Program-made: the position numbers and the translations under genes
The notes under the pieces: generated by a model
Seen by the model: the letters and a program-made list of their open reading frames with translations, nothing else
Database searches by the model: none
Told to the model about the DNA's origin: nothing
Shown here: in pieces, positions 10,732-20,009 of the stretch
How the letters are laid out: each line of letters begins with the position of its first letter
How positions within the stretch are numbered: the first letter of the stretch is position 1
Assembly: GCA_050014355.1 (NCBI GenBank)
Contig: JBEKDL010000004.1
Location: forward strand, 21,438-85,437
DNA: 64,000 nt
DNA from: Dehalococcoidales bacterium
GTDB taxonomy: Bacteria; Chloroflexota; Dehalococcoidia; Dehalococcoidales; RBG-16-60-22
Direction: 5' to 3'

Positions 10732-10763
10732 CCCTTATGTGAATCATTACATAAGGGTTTTTT
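10732..10763 (+). terminator. rho-independent terminator after tRNA-Val
   Basis: A 9-bp stem CCCTTATGT/ACATAAGGG with an 8-nt loop is followed by TTTTTT. Confidence 0.8.
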
Positions 10764-11043
10764 ACTAAAAGTAAGCCCATAACTACTACTACCTCGCTTG
10801 TAATTTTCTGGTTGTTGACAATATACTAAATCAATCATTCCGGTTTTCAAGCCTGAACAAGTGTAGCTGGTTGATATTACCTTATCTGCTGTAAGGAGTA
10901 CAGGCATCATTGGGCTCATTTCGAATTGACAGTCTCCAGTGATACAAATATTCCGCTATAAATCATAAACGAAACGCTCTTGCGAAAAGCAGGTACGCTG
11001 AAAATTTTTAAGTTATTATATATGACCAAGAGAGTGTGAAAAG

Positions 11044-12318
11044 ATGTTGTTAACGGATGACGAAAAACGGATTCTGGACGGCAAGCGAGGTGAGATTGCC
11101 CAAAGATGTATGACATTTTTAGTGGATTATGGTGAAGCGGCGGGAGCAGACAAACTGATTGATCTGGATGGAACAGTAGATTTGCATCCGGGTTCCGGCT
11201 GGGTTGGAGCTTATGATATCAAGCTGGAAGAAATTGCGGAATTGGCCAGAAAAGGTGAAGGATTTAAAGTACCTACCTTCTCCGACAAGGCCACTGCGCC
11301 TGGCTTTATTGTGGATGGATGGGAAAACTGCGGCGTCCTGCCCAGCAGCGACCCGACCTTTCACAAAAAGTGCCTGGAGGACCTCCAACCATATATTGAT
11401 ATGGGAATGGTGCCTACTTTCTCCTGCAACCATTACCTGGTAAGTTCGTTTTGGCCTTCTGTAGGCCAGCATTGTGCCTGGGTAGAGAGTTCAGCTGTTC
11501 CTTGGGTTAACGCCGTTTTAGGGGCCAGAAGTAATTTTGACGGTTGTTTTCAGACGGCGTATTTGGGAAAGGTCCCGGCATATGATATGCATCTGACCGA
11601 GAACCGCGCGGCGACGGTACTGGTACGCTGTGAGACTGAATTAAAAAGAGATATGGACTATGATTTATTCGGTTGGGCGGTTGGAGAAACTCTGGGGTTG
11701 AAAGTTCCGGCCTTCGTCGGTATCGGCAGACCAACAACCACTCAACTGGTGAAAATGAATTCCGCTCTGAACACAGGCGGGCAGGTACGCATGTATCATA
11801 TTCCCGGAAGAACTCCAGAAGCACCCACCCTGGAAGTGGCGTTTCAAGGGAAGAAACCCAAAGAGACCATATCCATTACGCGGGATGATTTGAAAAGAGT
11901 CTATGAACTGATGAATTACGGTTCCAGCGATGATATTGATTTTGTTTATTTAGGCTGCCCTCACTACAATATTGAAGAATTGAGAAAGGTGGCCGGTTTA
12001 CTTGAGGGTAAGAAATGCCAAACCAGGTTATGGGTAATGACAAACCCTCCCACTTATAAAGTGGCCGATATGGCAGGGTACCGGGAAAAAATCGAAGATG
12101 CAGGGGGCATACTATTATCCGGAACCTGTCCCGGCTTACTCAACGGGGTAGTAATGCCTCCGTCCGGGGTCCCCAAGGTTATAGCTACGGATGCAGCCAA
12201 ACAGGACTATTACATTACCGGCCATTGCCATCCAAATAAAGTTCAAGTCCGATACGGTACGACGGAAGATTGTGTTGATGCAGCCGTCACGGGAAAATGG
12301 AAAGGGGAGTGGAGGTAA
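11044..12318 (+). CDS. aconitase X (AcnX) catalytic/large subunit, DUF521 family
   Basis: The N-terminus MLLTDDEKRILDGKRGE and the overall 424-aa architecture are typical of the AcnX large subunit. It is followed 8 nt later by the small swivel subunit. Confidence 0.75.
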   Translation: MLLTDDEKRILDGKRGEIAQRCMTFLVDYGEAAGADKLIDLDGTVDLHPGSGWVGAYDIKLEEIAELARKGEGFKVPTFSDKATAPGFIVDGWENCGVLPSSDPTFHKKCLEDLQPYIDMGMVPTFSCNHYLVSSFWPSVGQHCAWVESSAVPWVNAVLGARSNFDGCFQTAYLGKVPAYDMHLTENRAATVLVRCETELKRDMDYDLFGWAVGETLGLKVPAFVGIGRPTTTQLVKMNSALNTGGQVRMYHIPGRTPEAPTLEVAFQGKKPKETISITRDDLKRVYELMNYGSSDDIDFVYLGCPHYNIEELRKVAGLLEGKKCQTRLWVMTNPPTYKVADMAGYREKIEDAGGILLSGTCPGLLNGVVMPPSGVPKVIATDAAKQDYYITGHCHPNKVQVRYGTTEDCVDAAVTGKWKGEWR

Positions 12319-12325
12319 GCATCTA

Positions 12326-12754
12326 ATGAATAAGCAAGCAAATAAAATTATTCTCAAGGGAAGAAAAGTAATAGGCGGAATTGCCCAGGGTGAAGCGCTG
12401 GTATCCAAAATGCCCTTAATGGGTTGGGGCAACGTTGATTCAAAAAATGGTTATACCGTAGAAAGAAACCATCCCCTTTACGAAGTTCCCTATAAAGGAA
12501 AGGTGCTGGTTTTCACTGAACCGAGGGGTTCCGGCGGCTTTGTGGGGTATGGCAGGTCTCGGCTTTTCGGCACTAACCCTGCAGCTTTCCTCTACAGAAA
12601 GGGGAATAATCTAACCGTCTTCGCGGCCATGGTAATGAATGTGCCTACAGTCACCGATTTTGACCAAGACCCTACTGAAGTCATTGAAACCGGAGACTAC
12701 GTTATTGTGAATGGGGATAGGGGGATTGTTGAGGTGATAAAAAAAACTAGATAG
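12326..12754 (+). CDS. aconitase X swivel-domain/small subunit, DUF126 family
   Basis: At 142 aa it matches the DUF126 pattern (GEALVS...EPRGSGG). The ATG at 12326 is preceded by GGGGAGTGGAGG. The longer ORF-track start at 12191 lies inside the upstream gene. Confidence 0.72.
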   Translation: MNKQANKIILKGRKVIGGIAQGEALVSKMPLMGWGNVDSKNGYTVERNHPLYEVPYKGKVLVFTEPRGSGGFVGYGRSRLFGTNPAAFLYRKGNNLTVFAAMVMNVPTVTDFDQDPTEVIETGDYVIVNGDRGIVEVIKKTR

Positions 12755-12933
12755 TAGCGGCGAGAGCATCGCAGGGATTAGACTGATGGGAAATCTGCCT
12801 TGGGCATCAGGTCAAATCCTGATATCTCGATGTGACAGCCTAGTACGTGGGTACACTTTCGGCAGGCAGAATTCCCTCTTTTTCAATGGTTACTCCGGCA
12901 ACGCTTTGGCCTTAAATGATGAAGGGTTGAATT

Positions 12934-13602
12934 CTAATACTTGGAAGCCCCTATCTCCTCCATCTTCCCGGTAACGATGAAGACGACCCGCTCACAGATG
13001 TTGGTGACCCTATCGGCGGCGCGTTCCAGATTATGAGCTACCCATATAAGGCGCGTGGCACGGGTAATTGTCTTCGGGTCTTCCGCCATGAAAATAAGCA
13101 GTTCCCGGAACACCTGGTCGTACAGGTGGTCAACCGTATCATCTTCGGTAGCGATTTTCCTGGCGGCTTCGGCGTCCCGGTTGATAAAAGCGTCCAGGCT
13201 GCGGTGGAGCATGTCGACCGTCCGCTCCGCCATGCGGGGTATATCGATATACGGCTTGAGAGGCGGCTCGTCACCAATCATGATTACAATCCGGGCAATG
13301 CCCACCGCGTAGTCGCCGATACGCTCTATCTCGGTAGTAATATTGAGCATGGCGATGATAGTGCGCAGATCACCGGCCATCGGCTGCTGTGTCGCTATCA
13401 GCTCGATACATTTCTCTTCAATTTCGAATCGCTTGCCATTCACCTTCTGGTCTTCGTTAACAACCTGGTGGGCCAGCTCCAGATCCCGGTTTTTTAAAGC
13501 GTCGACCGAGCGGAGCAGAGCCTTGTTCACCATGCTTCCCATGGCCAGGATATCGTCCTGAATTTCCCTTAATTGCTTGTGAAAAGCCGTTCTCATGTCC
13601 AT
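12934..13602 (-). CDS. phoU: phosphate signalling complex protein PhoU
   Basis: It is a two-repeat PhoU-type helical protein and the last gene of the pst operon. Confidence 0.9.
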   Translation of the reverse strand: MDMRTAFHKQLREIQDDILAMGSMVNKALLRSVDALKNRDLELAHQVVNEDQKVNGKRFEIEEKCIELIATQQPMAGDLRTIIAMLNITTEIERIGDYAVGIARIVIMIGDEPPLKPYIDIPRMAERTVDMLHRSLDAFINRDAEAARKIATEDDTVDHLYDQVFRELLIFMAEDPKTITRATRLIWVAHNLERAADRVTNICERVVFIVTGKMEEIGASKY

Positions 13603-13621
13603 GTGTGTCCTCCAAACAAGA

Positions 13622-14461
13622 CTACCCGAACCGCCCGGTGATATAGTCCTCGGTGCGCTTATCTTTAGGGTTCGTAAACAGTTGTGAGGTCTTCCCGTAT
13701 TCCACCAGTATACCGGCGCGGTCGGTGTCCATCAAGAAGAAAGCGGCCATCTCGGATACCCGCGCCGCCTGCTGCATGTTGTGGGTAACGATGACGAGGG
13801 TGTATTGTTCCGCCAGACTCCTCATCAGGTCCTCGATTTTGAGCGTGGCCGCCGGGTCCAGGGAGCTACACGGCTCATCCAGCAGTATTATCTCCGGCTC
13901 CACGGCCAGGGCCCGGGCGATGCACAGACGCTGCTGCTGGCCACCCGAAAGACAGGATCCGGACTCATTGAGCTTGTGTTTCACCTCGTCCCAGAGCGCC
14001 GCCTGGCGCAGACTACGCTCCACGACCTCTTCCAGCTCCCATCTTCGACTCCAGAGTCGGGTTAACCGGAGGCCTGCCGCCACGTTATCGAAAACGGACA
14101 TGGTAGGAAAGGTGGTTGGCTTCTGGAAGACCATCCCGATGCGCCGCCGGATGACCACGGGGTCGACATCGCGGGCATAAATATCTTTACCGTCCAGTAA
14201 TATGCAGCCTTCGACCCGTCCGCCGTGCGAGACTTCATGCATGCGGTTGAGACAGCGGATGAAGGTGGACTTGCCGCAACCCGAGGGCCCGATGATGGCG
14301 GTGATGGCCTGCGACTTGATGCTCATGCTGATTTGTTTGACGGCCAGAGTATTCCCGTACCAGGCGCTCAAGCCCTGGACCTCCAGGATGCCTTTCTTGT
14401 CTTCAACATCAGCCACGCCAGTCTTACATTGTGCGTTTTCGTTAACCAGGTTATTTATCAT
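13622..14461 (-). CDS. pstB: phosphate ABC transporter ATP-binding protein
   Basis: It has Walker [10 protein letters not shown], the signature LSGGQQQR and Walker B ILLDEP, plus the PstB-typical C-terminus [10 protein letters not shown]. Confidence 0.93.
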   Translation of the reverse strand: MINNLVNENAQCKTGVADVEDKKGILEVQGLSAWYGNTLAVKQISMSIKSQAITAIIGPSGCGKSTFIRCLNRMHEVSHGGRVEGCILLDGKDIYARDVDPVVIRRRIGMVFQKPTTFPTMSVFDNVAAGLRLTRLWSRRWELEEVVERSLRQAALWDEVKHKLNESGSCLSGGQQQRLCIARALAVEPEIILLDEPCSSLDPAATLKIEDLMRSLAEQYTLVIVTHNMQQAARVSEMAAFFLMDTDRAGILVEYGKTSQLFTNPKDKRTEDYITGRFG

Positions 14462-14499
14462 AACATTTTCCTTCCCTTCTATAAATCACCACTCATGAC

Positions 14500-15348
14500 T
14501 CATGTACGCCCCCGGTTGCTAATCCAGCGCACCAGGATGCTTATGCCCAGGACCAGCAGTACCAGCAGAAAAGCGCCGGCCCAGGCCTGCTGCTGCTGGT
14601 CAGGATAAGGTGACAGAGCATAGTGGTATATCTGCAGCGGCAGGGCGGTAATTGGCTTTAAGAAACCTGCGAAGCCGAAGTTGTTGCCAAGCGCGGTGAA
14701 AAGAAGCGGCGCGGTCTCTCCGGCGATTCTGGCTATCGCCAGCATTATTCCGGTCACGATTCCAGTGAGCGCGCCCGGCACGATGACACCCAGGACTGCT
14801 CTCCACCTGGTGATGCCCAGGGCCAGCGCCGCCTCGCGCATCGAGTTAGGCACCAGGCGCAATGATTCTTCGGCGGTGCGGGCGACGATGGGAATCATGA
14901 TGATAGCCAGCGCCACGCCCGCGGAAAACGCCGAGTAAGAGTGCATGGGCTTCACCACGATAGCGTAAGCGAAAACGCCAACCACTATCGAAGGAACACC
15001 GGCCAGAATGTCAGCCATAAATCTAATCGAGGCTGCCACCCTCGGGCCGGAGAATTCGGCCAGAAAAATACCCGCCATCATCCCCACCGGCAGGGCGAGC
15101 ACGGATGCCAGGATGACCAGGATAAAAGTGCCGATAATCTCATTCCGCATTCCCCCGCCGACCTCCCCCACCGGCTTGGCGGCCTGGGTAAGGAAATTAA
15201 GATTGAGAGCAGCGATGCCATGAGCCAGCGTGTAACCCAGGATAAGGGCCAGTATCAGGATGCCCAGCCCGGCGGCGCCGCTGCACAGGCCGAGCATCAC
15301 CCGGTTGAACCATTTACGGCGCCAATAACCACGTTCTGACATCGTCAT
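14500..15348 (-). CDS. pstA: phosphate ABC transporter permease PstA
   Basis: It is a multi-TM permease. I place the start at MTMSERGYW, where the ATG overlaps the pstC stop (ATGA). The ORF-track N-terminal extension is Arg/Gly-rich out-of-frame overlap with pstC. Confidence 0.88.
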   Translation of the reverse strand: MTMSERGYWRRKWFNRVMLGLCSGAAGLGILILALILGYTLAHGIAALNLNFLTQAAKPVGEVGGGMRNEIIGTFILVILASVLALPVGMMAGIFLAEFSGPRVAASIRFMADILAGVPSIVVGVFAYAIVVKPMHSYSAFSAGVALAIIMIPIVARTAEESLRLVPNSMREAALALGITRWRAVLGVIVPGALTGIVTGIMLAIARIAGETAPLLFTALGNNFGFAGFLKPITALPLQIYHYALSPYPDQQQQAWAGAFLLVLLVLGISILVRWISNRGRT

Positions 15349-16391
15349 TCTTTGGCCGCCTTTACCGCAGTCATACGCCACACCAGCAAGCGGGCCACTA
15401 CGTTCACCAGAAGCGTCACCCCGAAGAGTACCAGCGCCAGTTCCACCAGACTGCCGATAAAGACGCCGCTGGAAGCCTCGCTGAACTCGCTGGCTATCTT
15501 GCTGGCGATGGTGGCGCCCGGGGAAAAAAGGGAGGGCGTCAGTTTGTAAGCGTTGCCGATGACCATGGTCGCCGCCATCGTTTCGCCGAGGGCGCGCCCC
15601 AGCCCCAGGATTACGGCGCCCACCAGTCCCGAACGGCAATAGGGCAGCACTGCCTGGCGGATTGCTTCCCAGCGCGTCGCTCCAAGAGCAAAAATGGCCT
15701 CGCGTTGTTCATTGGGGACAGCCCTCATGGCGTCGCGGCTCACTGCGGTGATAATAGGGATAATCATGATAGCGAGGATGATTCCGGCGGCCAGAAAACC
15801 GACACCGAACGGCGGGCCCTGGAACAAAGGCAGAAATCCGATATGGCTGCCGAGCCAGCTTTCGATAGGCTTCCTGACAAAAGGCACGAGCACGAAGAGC
15901 CCCCAGAGCCCGATGACGACGCTGGGTATCGCGGCCAGCATCTCGATGACCAGCGAGGCTGGCCCCCTTAACCACGACGGCGCCAGCTCCACCAGGAAAA
16001 TGGCCGCCCCCAGGCTTATCGGCACGGCAATGAGCAGGCCGATTATTGAGCTTAAAAGCGTCCCGTAGATGGCCGGAAGGGCTCCGAAAGCCTGCCGCAC
16101 CGGGTCCCATGTAGAGCTGCCAATAAAAGAAAGCCCGAACCGGCTGATGGCCGGCCAGGCATCTATGAAAAGAATGATAACCAGCCCGATGAGAAGCACG
16201 ACTATCACTACGGCAAAAACGAGTGTGAGGTTGGAGAAAACCCGGTCACTGAACCCTGAACGGCGAATAAATCCCCAGCCTTTCACTCGTGCCGGTGATA
16301 GGACAGCTTCATGATGCTCCGTCGCTCTCAAGCTCTCTCTTTTTACCTCCCGCAAACAGGGAAATGCAGGAGGACTTTGCCCTTCCTGCAC
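15345..16391 (-). CDS. pstC: phosphate ABC transporter permease PstC
   Basis: It is a multi-TM permease with an EAA-like loop, sitting between pstS and pstA. The exact start is uncertain. Confidence 0.86.
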   Translation of the reverse strand: MQEGQSPPAFPCLREVKRESLRATEHHEAVLSPARVKGWGFIRRSGFSDRVFSNLTLVFAVVIVVLLIGLVIILFIDAWPAISRFGLSFIGSSTWDPVRQAFGALPAIYGTLLSSIIGLLIAVPISLGAAIFLVELAPSWLRGPASLVIEMLAAIPSVVIGLWGLFVLVPFVRKPIESWLGSHIGFLPLFQGPPFGVGFLAAGIILAIMIIPIITAVSRDAMRAVPNEQREAIFALGATRWEAIRQAVLPYCRSGLVGAVILGLGRALGETMAATMVIGNAYKLTPSLFSPGATIASKIASEFSEASSGVFIGSLVELALVLFGVTLLVNVVARLLVWRMTAVKAAKE

Positions 16392-16424
16392 GCCCCCGGG
16401 ACTATTAAAGTGTATCTTTATCGT

Positions 16425-17663
16425 CTACCGGCTTAGTAAAGACTGCCCCTGATACTTGATGGAGAGTATCTCGTTCTCGGCCTTGGCTACGGCGGCGCTG
16501 GATAGCGGCGCGTAGTCGAGCGCGGCGCTATATTGTTGCCCGTCGTGTATCGCCCACCAGAGCATATTAACCAGTGCCTGGCCTTTTACCTTATCGGTCT
16601 GGTTAACGTAGGCCAGTATCCAGGTGAAGCCGCATATCGGGTAAGCATCCGGATTTGTCGAGTTGGTAATCATTACCTTCATGTCGTCGGGTAAAGTGAT
16701 GCCCTCCGACGCTTTGGTTGTGCCTGCTAGGCTGGGAGCTTCATAGTTCCCGGCCACGTTCTTCAGCAGCGCCCAGGGTATTTTGTTCTGCTCGGCGTAA
16801 GCCAGCTCGACGTAGCCGATGGCGCCTGTTATCTGCTGCACCTGGCCGGCCACGCCCGCGTTCCCTTGACCGCCGATATCGCCCGGCCAGTTGACTGCCG
16901 TGGCATTACCCACCTTGGTGCTCCAGTCGGTGCTTACCTTGGAAAGGTAGTTAGTGAAGATGTAGGTCGTGCCGGAACCATCGGACCGGTGTACCACGGC
17001 GATAGGGGTATTGGGAAGAGTCAAACCGGGGTTAAGGGCGGTTATCTGCGGGTCGTTCCAGGTAGTTATCGTCTTGAGATAAATTTTCGCCAGGACATCG
17101 CCGGTGAGCTTGATTTGCCCCGAGGCGATATTAGGCAGGTTATAGACGATGGCGACCGCGCCGCTGGTCATGGGAATATGCAGTATTGGGCCTCCCGCGG
17201 TCTCCGCCGCTTTTTGCTGGTCAGCCGTCATGATGGCGTCACTGGCGCCGAAGTCGACGGTGCCCGCGGTAATCTGGTTGATGCCGGCGCCGGAACCGAC
17301 CGCCGCATAGTTTATCTTCGCGCCCGAGGTATAGTAGTATTCGCTGAACCATTTGGTGTATAAAGGCGCCGGGAATGTTCCCCCTGCGCCATTCAGATTG
17401 ACCGGCTGCGTTAACACGGTAGCCGGGGTTACCGTCGGCTTGGCCGTCGTCGGTGCCGGGGTGGTAGCCGGAGCGGTCGTCGTTGGTACCACGGTCGTGG
17501 GCGGTGAAGTCACCGTCGGCGTCGTGGTGATTGGTTTGGTCGTAGTAGGGGTCGTGGTGGTAGAGGTAGCTGCAGTGGTATTACTGGTACAGCCAGCAAT
17601 AGTTAAGGCTGTAACCATGATGAATACCAGTGGCAAGAACCATTTTTTAACAGATTTGAACAA
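16425..17663 (-). CDS. pstS: phosphate-binding lipoprotein PstS with a Thr/Pro-rich tether
   Basis: It has a signal peptide and lipobox (LTIAGC), then a linker of roughly 60 aa rich in T/P/A, then a PstS-type binding domain (GAGGTFPAPLY...SDGSGTT). Confidence 0.92.
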   Translation of the reverse strand: MFKSVKKWFLPLVFIMVTALTIAGCTSNTTAATSTTTTPTTTKPITTTPTVTSPPTTVVPTTTAPATTPAPTTAKPTVTPATVLTQPVNLNGAGGTFPAPLYTKWFSEYYYTSGAKINYAAVGSGAGINQITAGTVDFGASDAIMTADQQKAAETAGGPILHIPMTSGAVAIVYNLPNIASGQIKLTGDVLAKIYLKTITTWNDPQITALNPGLTLPNTPIAVVHRSDGSGTTYIFTNYLSKVSTDWSTKVGNATAVNWPGDIGGQGNAGVAGQVQQITGAIGYVELAYAEQNKIPWALLKNVAGNYEAPSLAGTTKASEGITLPDDMKVMITNSTNPDAYPICGFTWILAYVNQTDKVKGQALVNMLWWAIHDGQQYSAALDYAPLSSAAVAKAENEILSIKYQGQSLLSR

Positions 17664-17687
17664 CTTATTTCTCCTTTTCTTTAAGGA

Positions 17688-18185
17688 CTATAGTGAAATT
17701 TTCCATTTTTCATCCCTTTTTAATTCTATAGAAACCGAATGAGATTCGGGTTGATTTAAGCCTGAACCGGAGTTTTTTGATGGTGCTACATTTATCTCTT
17801 CAATCAGAGCTTGAACTTTTTTCCTGATGATATCTCTTATTTCCCTGACCTCGCCGATGGCCTTCCCTTCCGGGTCTTCAATTTGCCAGTCTTCCGCGGG
17901 GACGAAGCTGGCGGGGCAGACCTTTTCCGCGCCGCACCCCATGGTGATAACACGGTCAGCGCTTTTCATCATCTGGAATGTAATCATCTTGGGTTTTTTA
18001 CGGCTGACATCCAGGCCGACTTCACGCATAACCCGGACTACCGTAGGATTGATTTCCGGGGCCGGCTGGGTCCCGGCTGAAGAAGCTGACGCATTTTCTG
18101 CTGCGAGGTAGTTGAAAAAGGCTTCCGCCATCTGGCTGCGGCCAGAGTTATGGACACATACAAACAGCACCTTTTTCTTATCCAT
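17688..18185 (-). CDS. arsC: LMW-PTP-family arsenate reductase (thioredoxin-coupled type)
   Basis: It has the CX5R P-loop VCVHNSGRSQMAE and a downstream Cys pair GCGAEKVCP. Only 24 nt separate it from pstS. Confidence 0.75.
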   Translation of the reverse strand: MDKKKVLFVCVHNSGRSQMAEAFFNYLAAENASASSAGTQPAPEINPTVVRVMREVGLDVSRKKPKMITFQMMKSADRVITMGCGAEKVCPASFVPAEDWQIEDPEGKAIGEVREIRDIIRKKVQALIEEINVAPSKNSGSGLNQPESHSVSIELKRDEKWKISL

Positions 18186-18203
18186 CTAATAATAGTCTAA
18201 GGG

Positions 18204-18247
18204 GTAGAGTTTAAAGACGGATTAAGGGTGTGTTAAGGTTGTGTTAA
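18204..18247 (-). promoter_or_regulatory. Pho-box array: four direct repeats with 11-bp periodicity
   Basis: The minus strand reads TTAACAcaacc TTAACAcaccc TTAATCcgtct TTAAACtctac. The array sits between the phoR stop (18259) and the arsC ATG (18185). It resembles the TT(A/T/C)ACA repeats bound by PhoP/PhoB-type regulators. Confidence 0.7.
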
Positions 18248-18258
18248 ATTTTGGGGGG

Positions 18259-20007
18259 CTAACGGCGTGGAAGGTTAAAGCTGAAAGTTGACCCTTTGCC
18301 TTCTTCGCTCTGCGCCCGGATATCGCCGCCGTGGGCCTGGACGGTATGCTTGGCGATGGCCAGTCCCAGACCGCTGCCGCCGCCGGTGCGGGCTTTGTCC
18401 GCTTTGTAGAAGCGCTCGAAGACATGGGGCAGGTCAACGCCAGAGATTCCGATACCGCTATCGGCGACGCTTACGGTGACCGACTTTGCATCGAACTCGG
18501 TAGAGACAGTGACCGTGCCGGCGGGCTTGTTGAACTTGATGGCATTGTGTACCAGGTTGATAATCGTCTGGCGGATTCTATCTTTATCGGCCTGGATGAG
18601 TGGAAGGCCGGCCGATAGTTCTTCCGACAGGGTCACCTGCTGCTTTTCGGCCAGCGGACCCATTTGCGCCAGGATATCGCTTATCAGCGAGTTAAGGTCG
18701 ACGGGTTCCATTTTCAGCTCGGCCCGGCCAGTCTCAATCCTGGAAAGCTGGGTCAGCTCGGCCACCATCTGCGTCAGGCGGTCGACCTCGTCCTCGATGC
18801 GGGACAGAAAGCCCCGGGCCGCCTCGCGGTCGTCGATGGCGCCGTCTCGAAGGGTTTCGACCATCGCTTTGATACCGGCGATGGGTGTCCGCAACTCATG
18901 AGAAATATTGCCTACCAGTTCCCGCCGCATGGTCTGCAGGTTCCTTAGCTCGGTCAGGTCCTGAAGCAAGACCAGTGCCCCGTTTAATCTGTCCTGTTCC
19001 CTGACGGGGACAGCGATAACCCGGAGAAAATGCCGCGCGAGGCCGGACTCGAACTGCGTATTTTGCTCCCGGCCCGTTTTAAGACATTGCTTCATGATGT
19101 CATTGACCTCATGGTCACGGACCACCTCGATAAGAGGTCGGTTGACGGCATCGGCTTCCTGGAACCCGAAGAGCCTTTTCGCTGCCGGATTGGTCAGCAA
19201 AATATTGCCTTCCCTGTCCGTCATGATAACGCCATCGGCCATATTGGCGAGAATATTGGCAAGTTTGGTCTTTTCCGTGGAGATGGCCTCCATCGTAGTT
19301 TTCAGATTGGAGGACATCTCATTAAAGGCGGCGGCAAGCTGGCCGATTTCATCTCTCCTGGTTATTGTAATTTTCTGCTCCAGTTGTCCGCCGGCAATCT
19401 TTTTCGATGCCCGGGTAAGCTCTCTGATAGGCCGGGTAGTGGTCCGGGCGATGAGCCAGGCAGCCAGTGCGGCTAATACCGCGATGATGATGGTGGCCAA
19501 GATGATGGTTCGTGTGACGTGATTCACAGAGTTTTGTACCGTAGTCAGGGGAAGCGCCACCCTGGCTATGCCAATCAGTTTACCCTGACTGTTGACGGGC
19601 ACGGCCACGTACATCATCTTCTCATTGAGCGTGGCGCTTAGGCGGGTGCTCTCACCGAGGCCGGAAGCAACCGCCTGTACTACTTCCGGCCGGGTGGCGT
19701 GGTTCTCCATCGTGGACGGGTCCTGCATGGAATCGCCTAAAACCGTGCCGTCCGGCGCGATAATCGTGACACGGGTATCGATTTCGTTTCCCAGCTTGGT
19801 GGCTAAAGCGCCGGGGGCGTCCGCCTGTCCCAGCAGAGAAGGCAGAGCGGCCTCCGCCGTAATCTTGGCCTCATGCTCGAGTTGCACGCGTAGATTATCA
19901 AGCTGGTTATGCCTGACAGAGCTGGTGAGGTAAATTCCCAGTGCGCCCATACTGGCGACGATGAGGATAATGAACGCTATGGCGACGCGCCACTGAAAAC
20001 TCCGCAA
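18259..20007 (-). CDS. phoR: phosphate-regulon sensor histidine kinase
   Basis: It has 2 TM segments, HAMP, PAS, a HisKA H-box (SHELRTP) and HATPase N/G boxes, and is adjacent to an OmpR-type regulator and pst. Confidence 0.85.
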   Translation of the reverse strand: MRSFQWRVAIAFIILIVASMGALGIYLTSSVRHNQLDNLRVQLEHEAKITAEAALPSLLGQADAPGALATKLGNEIDTRVTIIAPDGTVLGDSMQDPSTMENHATRPEVVQAVASGLGESTRLSATLNEKMMYVAVPVNSQGKLIGIARVALPLTTVQNSVNHVTRTIILATIIIAVLAALAAWLIARTTTRPIRELTRASKKIAGGQLEQKITITRRDEIGQLAAAFNEMSSNLKTTMEAISTEKTKLANILANMADGVIMTDREGNILLTNPAAKRLFGFQEADAVNRPLIEVVRDHEVNDIMKQCLKTGREQNTQFESGLARHFLRVIAVPVREQDRLNGALVLLQDLTELRNLQTMRRELVGNISHELRTPIAGIKAMVETLRDGAIDDREAARGFLSRIEDEVDRLTQMVAELTQLSRIETGRAELKMEPVDLNSLISDILAQMGPLAEKQQVTLSEELSAGLPLIQADKDRIRQTIINLVHNAIKFNKPAGTVTVSTEFDAKSVTVSVADSGIGISGVDLPHVFERFYKADKARTGGGSGLGLAIAKHTVQAHGGDIRAQSEEGKGSTFSFNLPRR

Positions 20008-20009
20008 CT

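Noticed and set aside
10719-11116. Two 66-aa minus-strand ORFs (10719-10919 and 10916-11116) lie in the region after tRNA-Val.
   Set aside because: They have no RBS and no recognisable domains, and one runs antisense into the start of the AcnX gene. Short open frames like these are not compelling without further support.
12805-12822. The hairpin ATCAGG-TCAAAT-CCTGAT resembles a tRNA T-arm and could mark the right-hand att remnant of a tRNA-Val-associated island.
   Set aside because: It shares no extended identity with the 3' end of the tRNA-Val gene at 10690-10715, no integrase is present, and the loop length is not T-loop-like. The evidence is insufficient.
15349-15639. The ORF track suggests a 97-codon N-terminal extension of pstA.
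   Set aside because: The extension is Arg/Gly/Gln-rich with no TM segment and lies entirely inside pstC in another frame. The ATGA overlap at 15345-15348 gives a canonical pstC-pstA junction.
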